Assembly: GCA_043803405.1 (NCBI GenBank)
Contig: JAZDKB010000019.1
Coordinates: forward strand, 352,001 to 416,000
Direction of reading: 5' to 3'
Length of the DNA: 64,000 nucleotides
Source of the DNA: Spirochaetota bacterium
GTDB lineage: Bacteria > Spirochaetota > UBA4802 > JAFGDQ01
This document shows positions 20,212 through 29,365 of the stretch, piece by piece. The translations under genes and the position numbers were made by a program. The notes under the pieces were generated by a model. It worked only from the letters and a program-made list of their open reading frames with translations. It did no database searches and had not been told where the DNA came from. Every line of letters starts with the position of its first letter. Within the stretch, counting starts at the first letter, position 1.

Positions 20212-23200
20212 ATGAATATTTTCAGCAGTAAAAAACTTAGAACCCTTTTGCTGAAACCTCTTCTTCCGCTTATAGGTTTATTTTGTCTTTTCGTAGGCGT
20301 CCTTCCTATCCTTTTCCTGAATTATATTGACTGGAATATTAACTATACACTGATCATTGTGATTCTAATCCCCATACCTGTTCTGGTTATCGTAATACTT
20401 CACAGGGACATGGAATTGCTGGCCGAAATAGAGACACGAAAAAAGGCCGAGGAAGATTTAAAAATAAGCGAAGGAAAATATAAATCAATTTTTGAAAATG
20501 CAGTTGAAGGGATGTTTCAATTTGTTCCGGAAGGACGTTTTCTGAGCGTAAATCCGGCATTTGCACGAATGGCCGGTTACGCTTCCCGGCAGGAGATGAT
20601 AGACAGTGTCAGGTCCGCAGAACAATTCTATGCTGATCCCCCGGACTCGGAAAGATTTATTAAAGAAATTAATAAGAAAGGATTTGTAACAGAGTACATA
20701 ACAAGGTTAAGGTGCAAAAATAATTCTGCAGTCTGGGTATCCATTAATTCGCGTCTTATTAGGGATGAAAACGGGAATACCCTGTATTATGAAGGGACCA
20801 TTGAAGACATTCATGCGCGAAAGAAAGCTGAAGATGATCTAAGAACTTCAAGAAAAATACTGAGCGAAATATTCCGTGCTGCATCGGACTTCTCAATTAT
20901 TGCAACCAATATGGACGGTATCATTACCACTTTTAACCGCGGTTCCGAAATTATGCTCGGCTATTCTGAAGAGGAGCTGGCCGGCAAACAGAGCGTTCTT
21001 AGACTTCACGTTGAGTCCGAGATTGCAGTTCGCAGCAAGGAACTGACAGCCGAACTTGGTTACCCGGTAGATGGATTCCGCGTTTTTATGACCAAACCGG
21101 AACTTGACGGATCCGAGACCCGCGAATGGACGTACGTACACAAAGACGGCTCTTTTATTCCCGTATCGCTTGTAGTAACTGCCATTCATTCCGACAGCGG
21201 CGAAATAACAGGATATCTCGGGATAGCGACCGACATCACAAGGCGCAGGCACGCGGAAGAAGCCCTTGAAAAACGCATTGAGGCTTTAACCATGCCTGCA
21301 GCCGGCGGGGCAGCCGTGCGCTTTGAGGATCTTTTTAACATCGACGAAATACAGCGGCTGCAGGATGCTTTCGCCTATGCAACAGGAGTTGCTTCTCTTA
21401 TTACACAGGTTGATGGAAAGCCTATCACAAAGCCGAGCAATTTCACCAGGTTGTGCAATGACATTATACGCAAAACGGAAAAAGGACTGGCAAACTGCTA
21501 CAAGTCGGACGCGACACTGGGGCAGTTGTCTTCTGTCGGGCCTGTCATTCAGCCGTGCCTGGGCGGCGGGTTTATAGACGCAGGTACCGGAATATCCGTA
21601 GGCGGCAGGTATATAGCCAACTGGCTGATCGGGCAGATACGCTTAGACAGCCAGACCGACGGGAAAATGCGGGAATATGCAAGGGAGATAGGAGCGGACG
21701 AAGAAATATTTATTGAGGCATTCCATGAAGTGCCTTCGATGTCCCATGAGCAGTTTAAGCGGGTTGCCGAGTTGCTCTATACTTTTGCAAATCAATTGTC
21801 TGCTCTTGCGTACCAGAATGTTCAGCAGGCGCGCTTTATTGCTGAAATTAAAATCGCTGAAGAGAGGCTGCGTCAGTCCGAAGAAAAGTTCTCAAAAATA
21901 TTCATGCTGGCGCCGGACATGATAACGATCACACGTATGTCGGACGGAATGATTATGGATGTCAACCAGGGATTTGAGGAACTTACAGGATGGAAACGCA
22001 GCGAAGTGGCAGGACATACCGGGCCGGATATCAGATTCTGGATTTTTCCTGAAGATCGCGATCGCATGATTACAGACTTGAAAGCAGGCAGGGAAGTGCT
22101 GCACCGTGAAGTAGAGTTCAGACGCAGAAACGGCGAAGCGCGCACCGGGAGTTATTCCGCAAAATTCATCCGGATTTCCGGTGAAGATCATCTCGTTATT
22201 GTTATGCGGGATATTACTGAACAGAGCCTGGCTGAGGAAAAGCTGCGCCAGTCCGAAGAAAAGTTCTCGAAAGTTTTTATGCTTACGCCGGGTATGATAG
22301 GCATTACGCGAATGAAGGACGGGCTTATAATAGAAAGCAATCTTGGATTTGAAACAGGAAGCGGATGGAAACATATTGAATCAATCGGCCGCACATCGCT
22401 TGAACTTGGTTTCTGGGCGATACCGGAAGAGCGCAAGAGTATGCTGGAAGACCTGAAAGCGGAAAGGGATATAGATCACCGCGAAATTCTTTTCAGGCGT
22501 AAAGACGGATCGTTGCGCACCGGAGTTTATTCCGCCAGGACTTTGAAGCTCTCGGGTGAAAACTTTGTTATTTTTGCCATACAGGATATTACTGAGCACA
22601 AGCAGGCCGAAGATAAACTTCATCAAAGCGAAGAACAATTCAGGACTCTGTTTATGTCGATGAGCGAAGGTTTTTATCTCTCTGAAGTAATTTATGATGA
22701 TTACGGCAATCCCTGTGATTATAGATACCTGGAAGTCAATCCAAGGTTTGAACGGATCATGGGATTGAGCCGCGATCAGATAATTGGTAAACGATATAAG
22801 GAACTGGTGCCGGTCGATACCACTCAATGGCTGGATACCTATTTTAAAGTCGCACGTTTCGGAGAACCGCTAATTTACGAATTTTTTTCAAATGAATACA
22901 ACATGTATTTCTCTACTTATGTTTATCAATCGGCTAAAAGTCGGATTAGTGTAATTGTTATTGATGTCACTGATCGCAAGCTTGCAGAAAAAAAGATTCT
23001 GGAAGCTGAGACTTTATACCACACTCTTGTAGATGCTCTTCCTGATGCTGTTGCAGTGCTTGATCCGGAAGGCCGCATAAAATTTGCTTCGTCAAATGCC
23101 ATGAATCTTTATGGGTATGATAATATTGAAGACGCAATAGGACACTCTTTCAGGGAAATCGTTTCGCCTGAAAGCTTTGAAGATGTTAATAATTTTTTTC

Positions 23201-24543
23201 TGCAGCTTGTTGAGAATGGCGGAGTGCTTTTTATTAAGAACATTATAATGTTAAGAAAGGGCGTTACATGGATAGCCGAAATGCATGCTTCGGCTATAAA
23301 GGATGGTTCGGGAAATATAAAAGAAATTATAGGAGTTACACGCGATATCACAGAACAGAAACGTATGGAAGAAGAACGGCGTAAACTTGAACAGCAGCTG
23401 TTCCAGTCACAGAAACTGGACGCGATCGGTATACTTGCCGGGGGCATAGCGCACGATTTCAATAACGTCCTGAGCGGTATTTTCGGTTTTACGGAGCTTT
23501 CCTTAAGTGCCCTGGATGATCCGGTACGGGTAAAGGGATATCTTCAGATTGTAGTGTCCGCTGCAGAGCGGGCGCGCGAACTGGTGAGCCAGATAGTGAC
23601 ATTCAGCCGTCATTCAGAAACCGAACTAGGGGAGATTACTCCGAAATATATTATTAACGAAGCCCTCAAGCTGCTGCGGGCATCCATTCCGTCTACTATA
23701 GAACTTCGTTCAAATATTAAAAGCAAGTCTGTAATACTCGGCAATCCCACACAGCTCCACCAGGTTGTAGTCAACCTGTGCTCCAATGCAGCTTACGCAA
23801 TGAAGGACAATAAGGGAACAATCGAAATCAGCCTGGACGATTATGACGTTGATGATGAGTTTATAAGGCTTCATCCCGGCTTATATCCGGGGAAGCACAT
23901 ATTGCTGAGAGTGTCCGATACCGGGTGCGGCATTCAGCCGGATTTGATTAGCAGGATATTCGAACCCTTCTTTACCACCAAGCCGCAGGGCGAAGGCACG
24001 GGACTTGGCCTTTCTGTTGTGCAAAGTATCGTTAAAAATTTTAAAGGTATTATTAATGTATTCAGTGAATTGGATAAGGGTACAACCTTTAATATAATTA
24101 TACCGGCAATATCAACAGAAAAAGAAGAAACCATTAAGGAAGAAACTGCGGACATGCCAGGAGGTTTTGAAAAGCTTTTGCTGCTTGATGATGAAAAGAC
24201 AATCCTTAATGCTGTCAGGCTGATCCTGATAAATCTCGGTTATTCGGTATTCGCGTATAACGACAGCATTGAAGCATTAAAGGCGTTTCAGGAGAATCCC
24301 GGAGGATATGACTTAATAATTACAGATTATACAATGCCGCATTTAACAGGTATTGATATTGCCGTTAAAATGAAGGAAATAAGGAAGGATATCCCTGTTA
24401 TTCTTTGCTCGGGGGTTATCCATAAAGAGATAGAGGAAGCGGTTCACGAAGCCGGCATCAGCGAATTGCTGAGAAAACCTCTCAGGACGGCAGAGCTTGC
24501 TCATGCCATCAGGCGCGTCCTTGACAGGAAGAGGCGGGGCTAA
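20212..24543 (+). CDS. Membrane-anchored hybrid histidine kinase (about 6 PAS + PocR + HisKA + HATPase + REC)
   Basis: Two N-terminal TM helices; PocR motif LQDAFAYATGVASLI...FTRLC...NCYKSD; AHDFNN; GEGTGLGL; receiver ITDYTMP. Confidence 0.93.
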   Translation: MNIFSSKKLRTLLLKPLLPLIGLFCLFVGVLPILFLNYIDWNINYTLIIVILIPIPVLVIVILHRDMELLAEIETRKKAEEDLKISEGKYKSIFENAVEGMFQFVPEGRFLSVNPAFARMAGYASRQEMIDSVRSAEQFYADPPDSERFIKEINKKGFVTEYITRLRCKNNSAVWVSINSRLIRDENGNTLYYEGTIEDIHARKKAEDDLRTSRKILSEIFRAASDFSIIATNMDGIITTFNRGSEIMLGYSEEELAGKQSVLRLHVESEIAVRSKELTAELGYPVDGFRVFMTKPELDGSETREWTYVHKDGSFIPVSLVVTAIHSDSGEITGYLGIATDITRRRHAEEALEKRIEALTMPAAGGAAVRFEDLFNIDEIQRLQDAFAYATGVASLITQVDGKPITKPSNFTRLCNDIIRKTEKGLANCYKSDATLGQLSSVGPVIQPCLGGGFIDAGTGISVGGRYIANWLIGQIRLDSQTDGKMREYAREIGADEEIFIEAFHEVPSMSHEQFKRVAELLYTFANQLSALAYQNVQQARFIAEIKIAEERLRQSEEKFSKIFMLAPDMITITRMSDGMIMDVNQGFEELTGWKRSEVAGHTGPDIRFWIFPEDRDRMITDLKAGREVLHREVEFRRRNGEARTGSYSAKFIRISGEDHLVIVMRDITEQSLAEEKLRQSEEKFSKVFMLTPGMIGITRMKDGLIIESNLGFETGSGWKHIESIGRTSLELGFWAIPEERKSMLEDLKAERDIDHREILFRRKDGSLRTGVYSARTLKLSGENFVIFAIQDITEHKQAEDKLHQSEEQFRTLFMSMSEGFYLSEVIYDDYGNPCDYRYLEVNPRFERIMGLSRDQIIGKRYKELVPVDTTQWLDTYFKVARFGEPLIYEFFSNEYNMYFSTYVYQSAKSRISVIVIDVTDRKLAEKKILEAETLYHTLVDALPDAVAVLDPEGRIKFASSNAMNLYGYDNIEDAIGHSFREIVSPESFEDVNNFFLQLVENGGVLFIKNIIMLRKGVTWIAEMHASAIKDGSGNIKEIIGVTRDITEQKRMEEERRKLEQQLFQSQKLDAIGILAGGIAHDFNNVLSGIFGFTELSLSALDDPVRVKGYLQIVVSAAERARELVSQIVTFSRHSETELGEITPKYIINEALKLLRASIPSTIELRSNIKSKSVILGNPTQLHQVVVNLCSNAAYAMKDNKGTIEISLDDYDVDDEFIRLHPGLYPGKHILLRVSDTGCGIQPDLISRIFEPFFTTKPQGEGTGLGLSVVQSIVKNFKGIINVFSELDKGTTFNIIIPAISTEKEETIKEETADMPGGFEKLLLLDDEKTILNAVRLILINLGYSVFAYNDSIEALKAFQENPGGYDLIITDYTMPHLTGIDIAVKMKEIRKDIPVILCSGVIHKEIEEAVHEAGISELLRKPLRTAELAHAIRRVLDRKRRG

Positions 24544-24570
24544 ACTTAATTTTTTTTACTGTTTAATTAA

Positions 24571-24684
24571 GACAAAGGATATATTAATCAGCAATTTTAA
24601 GGCGGCAGGAAGCCGCCGCAAGCCGCTTCTTACAGGATGTAAGCATTAGCGGCAAGAAAATTGCTGATTAATATATCCTTTGTC
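24571..24684 (+). repeat. Structured repeat copy 1: 28-bp perfect inverted repeat enclosing two GGA-loop hairpins
   Basis: Arms 24571-24598 and 24657-24684; inner ggcggc-aggaa-gccgcc and gccgct..ttaca-gga-tgtaa..agcggc; near-identical core at 35110-35195. Confidence 0.85.
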
Positions 24685-24716
24685 AGTAATCTGGATGAGT
24701 AGGGTTTCTTACAGAA

Positions 24717-25898
24717 CTATTTCTCTGACTTATCTTTCATTAAAGAGGAAAGGTTGCCGAACGGATTGTACGAGTCCGTTTTTTTTCCGAGGAATTCCCT
24801 GTAATTTGTTTCTTCTGCCTTAGCCTGAATGCTGGAATAAAGTTTAAGTGAAATTCTTTTTTTCTCGGCATCCGTTTTTTCTATGACGACTTCAAGCATA
24901 TCCCCTTCTTTTATTACTTCTGCCGGATGCTTTATCCTTTTCCCTCTGCCGAGTTCCGATATGTGAATAAGTCCGTCCACTCCGGGCTCAAGTGTAATGA
25001 AAGCCCCGAAATTCGTAAGCCTGGCGACTTTGCCTGTAAATCTGTCGCCTTCTTTGTATTTCCCAGGGACTTCTTCCCATGGATCGGGCAATATTGCCTT
25101 CATGCTGATTGAAATCTTGTCATTGTTCCAGTCAAGTTTAAGGATCGCTGCTTCAATTTCCTGGCCGGGTTTAAGCACGCTATTAATATCTTCAATCCTG
25201 CCCCTGCTGATTTCCGAAACAGGCAGCAGCGCCCGCACTCCGCCGATATCCACAAAAGCACCGTAGCTCTGAACGGATTTTATGGTGCCTTTTATCCTCA
25301 TCCCTTCCTTAAGCGACTCCTGGAGGGACTTTGCTGCGGCTTTGCGTCCTTCTTCGAGTATTTCTTTATTGGAAAGCACAATATTGCGGCCTTTCTCGTC
25401 AAGTTCGGTTATTCTGAACGAAGCCTTCTGGCCGATAAACTTCTCCGGTGCCTCGCGTTCAAGACCCATCTGGGAATATGGGCAAAAAGCGCGCAGATTG
25501 CCAATCTTTACTTCGAATCCGCCTTTGATCTCTTTTTCAACAAAGCCTTCGATGGGAATGCTGTTTTCATACGCGCTTTTAAGCATTTCCTGGCCGGCCC
25601 TGCCTCCGCTGATTTTTGTGGTAAAATGCATCTCGCCGCTTCTGGAAGATACGAAATAAGCTTTTACAACATCCCCTTCCTTAGCAGTGAGATTGCCCTG
25701 GTCGTCTTTAAGTTCGACGATGTCAAGATACCCTTCGCTTTTCCCACCAATGTGGAGGAATATTAAATCCCCTGCTATTTTAACAACCTGCGCCTCGACT
25801 GCCTGGCCCGGTTCAAAAAAGTCATTGCCTGCAACGCTTTGATTAAGTAATTCCTCAAAATTTTCTTCTTTATCTATGTTATTTTGATCGTCTGCCAT
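24717..25898 (-). CDS. Ribosomal protein S1-like protein (4 S1 domains; probable paralogue)
   Basis: GGKSEG, RAFCPYSQM, YGAFVDIGGVRALLPVSEIS, FGAFITLEPGVDGLIHISEL. Confidence 0.88.
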   Translation of the reverse strand: MADDQNNIDKEENFEELLNQSVAGNDFFEPGQAVEAQVVKIAGDLIFLHIGGKSEGYLDIVELKDDQGNLTAKEGDVVKAYFVSSRSGEMHFTTKISGGRAGQEMLKSAYENSIPIEGFVEKEIKGGFEVKIGNLRAFCPYSQMGLEREAPEKFIGQKASFRITELDEKGRNIVLSNKEILEEGRKAAAKSLQESLKEGMRIKGTIKSVQSYGAFVDIGGVRALLPVSEISRGRIEDINSVLKPGQEIEAAILKLDWNNDKISISMKAILPDPWEEVPGKYKEGDRFTGKVARLTNFGAFITLEPGVDGLIHISELGRGKRIKHPAEVIKEGDMLEVVIEKTDAEKKRISLKLYSSIQAKAEETNYREFLGKKTDSYNPFGNLSSLMKDKSEK

Positions 25899-26125
25899 AT
25901 TGATTATTGTAATTCTCCTGTGGATTTATCCTGATATAATGTATTACTTACTGTTTTAGTAAATATGGTGAGTTCCGGAACAAGAAACAGTAACCTAGCC
26001 TGATAAAAATAAGTAATTATTATACATGGATTATCTTTTGGATTAACTGTTTATTGTCAAGAATATTTGGGAAGCGGTAAGATTCAGCTGCGAGGCAGCA
26101 GTATAATATTACGGACAGGATTTAA

Positions 26126-26593
26126 TCACTTCTCAGTATGTTTCTTGGGATTATCCTTTGATTCAATTATTTTTTTTATATTCGTTAAATTTAAAAAGTC
26201 AGTTGGGGTTAATACGCTTATATCTGTATGTTTGTAATCCGAGACATTTCTTGACAATATTATGTTTATTCCATTGTTTATGGAAATAAAATATTGTATG
26301 CCGTCTTCAAAATCGATTATCCCGGAGTTCAGCGACTCACCTATTTCCTTGTCTGTGAAAGGTAAAACAGTCAGGAGCGATCTTAATTTGGAAATTGTTT
26401 TTACTGCTATATTTTTATTAATATTGGAGTTTATAATATAGAAACAATTTGCCAGTATCAATGATGATGTGAATCCGGCAAAATAATTTTTCTCAATTAA
26501 TGACAGGATTTTCTGGGAGTTGTTAAAATGCGGCTCTCTTTTGAAAACAACATCCAGGATAACATCACTATCTATGAATATTTTTTTATTCAC
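26126..26593 (-). CDS. PIN-domain toxin
   Basis: IFIDSDVILD, DFEDGIQY, SRNVSDY. Confidence 0.88.
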   Translation of the reverse strand: MNKKIFIDSDVILDVVFKREPHFNNSQKILSLIEKNYFAGFTSSLILANCFYIINSNINKNIAVKTISKLRSLLTVLPFTDKEIGESLNSGIIDFEDGIQYFISINNGINIILSRNVSDYKHTDISVLTPTDFLNLTNIKKIIESKDNPKKHTEK

Positions 26594-26838
26594 AATAGTT
26601 TCTTGTTTAAGGCTTCTTTTAATAATTGTTTGTCTGTTTTTGCAGATTTAAAAGAAGCTATTCCGGACAGCTCTCTGGTAATAGGGGGTATGTTTTCAGC
26701 CCGGCTGACTGAATCGGAATACAAATACTTAAAATACATTTCCACCAGCTTTGATAAACTGATATTATTTTTTTTGGCATAAATCTTTGCCGTTTTGATT
26801 GTTTTATTATTCAGGGTTAAAGTTAATTTTGTAGCCAT
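26590..26838 (-). CDS. DUF6364-type RHH antitoxin
   Basis: MATKLTLTL...AKIYAKKNNISLSKLVEMYF...PITRELSGI; overlaps the PIN gene. Confidence 0.85.
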   Translation of the reverse strand: MATKLTLTLNNKTIKTAKIYAKKNNISLSKLVEMYFKYLYSDSVSRAENIPPITRELSGIASFKSAKTDKQLLKEALNKKLL

Positions 26839-26857
26839 AAGATAAATCCTCTTTACT

Positions 26858-26894
26858 ACGTGTAAATATAATTCAAAAGCACGTGTTTTGTCAA
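26858..26894 (-). promoter_or_regulatory. Putative sigma70 promoter and autorepression operator of the PIN TA pair
   Basis: TTGACA-18-TATATT with two ACACGT boxes (26858-26863, 26881-26886). Confidence 0.55.
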
Positions 26895-26922
26895 TTATAA
26901 TTACGGATTTTTAAGCGCGTTT

Positions 26923-29088
26923 TTAATAATCATCCTGTTTTCTGTCAACAGGGCCGCGCACTTCGAAGCGAACGGAATCGGCTACGCTCCCGTTCTCGTC
27001 GCTAAGCGTAAGAGTGTAGTAGCCGGGCGCCGGTACCCAGCAGGCCGCGCCGTGCTTTCCGTCCGCACTGTTTCCGGCTACCTCTACAGGCATATCGTTC
27101 AGGTGCCATCGGCTTCCGCTTTTCTGCGGCTGCGATACAAAGAACACCTTTTGCAGCTCAGGAGGAATGTCCGGATCGAGCGCGAGTATGGCTCCCGAAG
27201 GCGGGTAAATGATCTTCTGGTTCAGCTGGCCTGTTTCCCTGTACTTATCATCCGGTTCCGTGCCCTGAATGAACCATTCCGCCCTCAAAGGCTCTCCTGC
27301 AAAGGGGGACACTTCTCTTCTCACGATATCCGGGGGCGGCTGCGCAGGCTTTCTGTTTTTCTCATTGCGATGAAGCCTTGCCATGACCTCTGCCCACACT
27401 GGTGCAGCTCCCGATATCCCGCTGACATCGCGCATTGCTTCACCGGTGAAGTTGCCTACCCATACGCCTACAGTGTACTTCTGAGAGTATCCTACGCACC
27501 AGTTGTCGCGCATGTCCTTGCTTGTGCCTGTCTTTACAGATGAGCGGAACCTTGTGGCAAGCGGGTTCTCCAGCCCGAATGTCGCGCTTCTTGCTTCCCT
27601 GTCGGACAGGATGTCGGACACGAGGAAAGCTGCCTCTGCCGAATACGCGCGTACTGTTTTCGGATGCTTTGCTTTATTTAGATAGAATGTAAGCTCCGAA
27701 TGCATTCCCCCGTTTGCCATGCATCTGTATGCATTGGTAAGCTCCCAAAGGCTCACGTCGATCGAGCCCAGTGCTGCAGACGGCCCGTAATAATCCCCTG
27801 ATTCACTGAGCCCCTTTATGCCCAGCCTGCGCAGCTTCGCTAGAAATGCTTCAATGCCTGTCATGGTCACTGTCCTTACTGCAGGTATATTGAGCGACGA
27901 AGCAAGTGCTGTCCGGGCTGTCACAAGTCCTTTGAAATTCGAATCGTAATTATGGGGACTGTATATGCCGGAGCTGACCTGTACATCGAGAGGCGCATCA
28001 TCAAGCACTGAGGCGGGCGTAAGTATTCTTTTCTCGAATGCCAGTGCATACAGGAAGGGCTTAAGCGTGGAGCCTGCCTGGCGCTTTGCCTGTACGCCGT
28101 CCACGTACCATCCCAGCGAGGGATCGGTTGTACAGCTAGCGTAAGCCAGCACCTGTCCTGTTTTGTTGTCAGCGACAAGCACGGCACCGTTGGCAACGTT
28201 CTGCGGGCTAAGTATGTTAAGGTGGTGGCGCAGGCGTTCTACAGCAAAGCGCTGTATTGCGCTGTCTATGGAGCAAGTGACCTTCTTTGCTTCTGACGGC
28301 TTTTTTATGAGGAGCCTTGCAGCATGGGGCGCAAGATCCGCGCCAGGCATTTTTTCCATATGGCCAGAGGCCACGCCGGACGCGGTTGCTTTTATTTCAT
28401 TTTCCTGCACAGGCCATCCCAGAGCCTTCTGAAGCAGCGACACCCTCCTGGCAAGGTCATCACTGCCTGCGTTGGGCGAGCGAATGAGCGAAGCAAGCAC
28501 AAGCGATTCGCCGTGGTTTAGCCCGTGCGGCGCCTTGCCGAACAGTCCGTGCGAAGCTGCCGCAATGCCCTGCAGCTCTCCGCGGAAATATATAAGGTTG
28601 AGATATGCTTCCAGTATTTCGCGCTTTGACCAGCTCTTCTCCAGTTCGCGCGCATCCAGTATCTGCTGCGTCTTTTGAAGCACCGTCCTTCTGCCTTTCT
28701 GCGGACGAAGCTCAGGATCGAGCGCCGAAGCAAGCTGCATTGTAATGGTGCTCGCCCCGCGCATCTTCTCTTCAGTCCCGCCTGTTATTGCCGCTCCTAT
28801 GGATAGGTAGTCGACTCCGGAATGTTCAAAGAAGCGCTTATCTTCCGCAATAATAACGGCAAGCAGAAGGGCAGGGGACATGTCGGCTACGCGGGTCCAC
28901 TCAAGCCTTCTCGCGCTCTTGTTAGTCCGGAGTTCGTACAGCGGCACGCCATTGCGGTCAACAAGCATGGTGTCGGACTTGGCATACGAAGCGCGCACTT
29001 CCTTATAAGACGGCAGCGCATTCGCTGCCTGTGCAATGAACGCAAAAGCAGTTATAAGTATGATATTCAGCTTTAATGATTTAAGCAT
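26923..29088 (-). CDS. pbpC: Penicillin-binding protein 1C
   Basis: Transglycosylase EDKRF, RGASTITMQL; transpeptidase STLK, SLN, KTG; follows the alpha-2-macroglobulin gene. Confidence 0.93.
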   Translation of the reverse strand: MLKSLKLNIILITAFAFIAQAANALPSYKEVRASYAKSDTMLVDRNGVPLYELRTNKSARRLEWTRVADMSPALLLAVIIAEDKRFFEHSGVDYLSIGAAITGGTEEKMRGASTITMQLASALDPELRPQKGRRTVLQKTQQILDARELEKSWSKREILEAYLNLIYFRGELQGIAAASHGLFGKAPHGLNHGESLVLASLIRSPNAGSDDLARRVSLLQKALGWPVQENEIKATASGVASGHMEKMPGADLAPHAARLLIKKPSEAKKVTCSIDSAIQRFAVERLRHHLNILSPQNVANGAVLVADNKTGQVLAYASCTTDPSLGWYVDGVQAKRQAGSTLKPFLYALAFEKRILTPASVLDDAPLDVQVSSGIYSPHNYDSNFKGLVTARTALASSLNIPAVRTVTMTGIEAFLAKLRRLGIKGLSESGDYYGPSAALGSIDVSLWELTNAYRCMANGGMHSELTFYLNKAKHPKTVRAYSAEAAFLVSDILSDREARSATFGLENPLATRFRSSVKTGTSKDMRDNWCVGYSQKYTVGVWVGNFTGEAMRDVSGISGAAPVWAEVMARLHRNEKNRKPAQPPPDIVRREVSPFAGEPLRAEWFIQGTEPDDKYRETGQLNQKIIYPPSGAILALDPDIPPELQKVFFVSQPQKSGSRWHLNDMPVEVAGNSADGKHGAACWVPAPGYYTLTLSDENGSVADSVRFEVRGPVDRKQDDY

Positions 29089-29164
29089 GATATTATCTGA
29101 AGAAGATTTTTCATGTATTGTAATTATACGCTGGCAAGATAATTGTCAAGATGGAAATGGGGAG

Positions 29165-29356
29165 ACCTCATCCGATGCCCTCACCCTCCGGCACCCTCTC
29201 TCTAAAACCCCTTCCGCCTTCGGCGGCTTTCCCCCTCGTCAGGGGGAACAATCTTTGCTGCACAGGTTGCTCCCCCTGAGTCCGGCCGCTTCTCCCCCTC
29301 TCCTTTTTTTTGGAGAGGGGGCTGGGGGGTGAGGTTAACAGGTTAGGGGGATGAGA
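29165..29356. repeat. Composite REP-like palindromic element
   Basis: ccctcaccc..ccctctc, ccgccttcggcgg, tccccct-cgtc-aggggga, ccccctctcc-ttttttt-ggagagggggctggggggtgagg; related to 51933-52217. Confidence 0.7.
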
Positions 29357-29365
29357 TAACCCCTC

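Noticed and set aside
20165..20215. Hammerhead-like CUGAUGA motif upstream of the PocR kinase
   Set aside because: No stem II followed by GAAA in the required order
19976..20215. 79-aa TTG-start ORF between the divergent kinases
   Set aside because: No RBS, spans AT-rich promoter-like DNA, no recognisable motif
29036..29332. 98-aa plus-strand ORF (and similar short ORFs such as 47080-47292)
   Set aside because: These translate palindromic repeat DNA or overlap real genes; no RBS or family motifs
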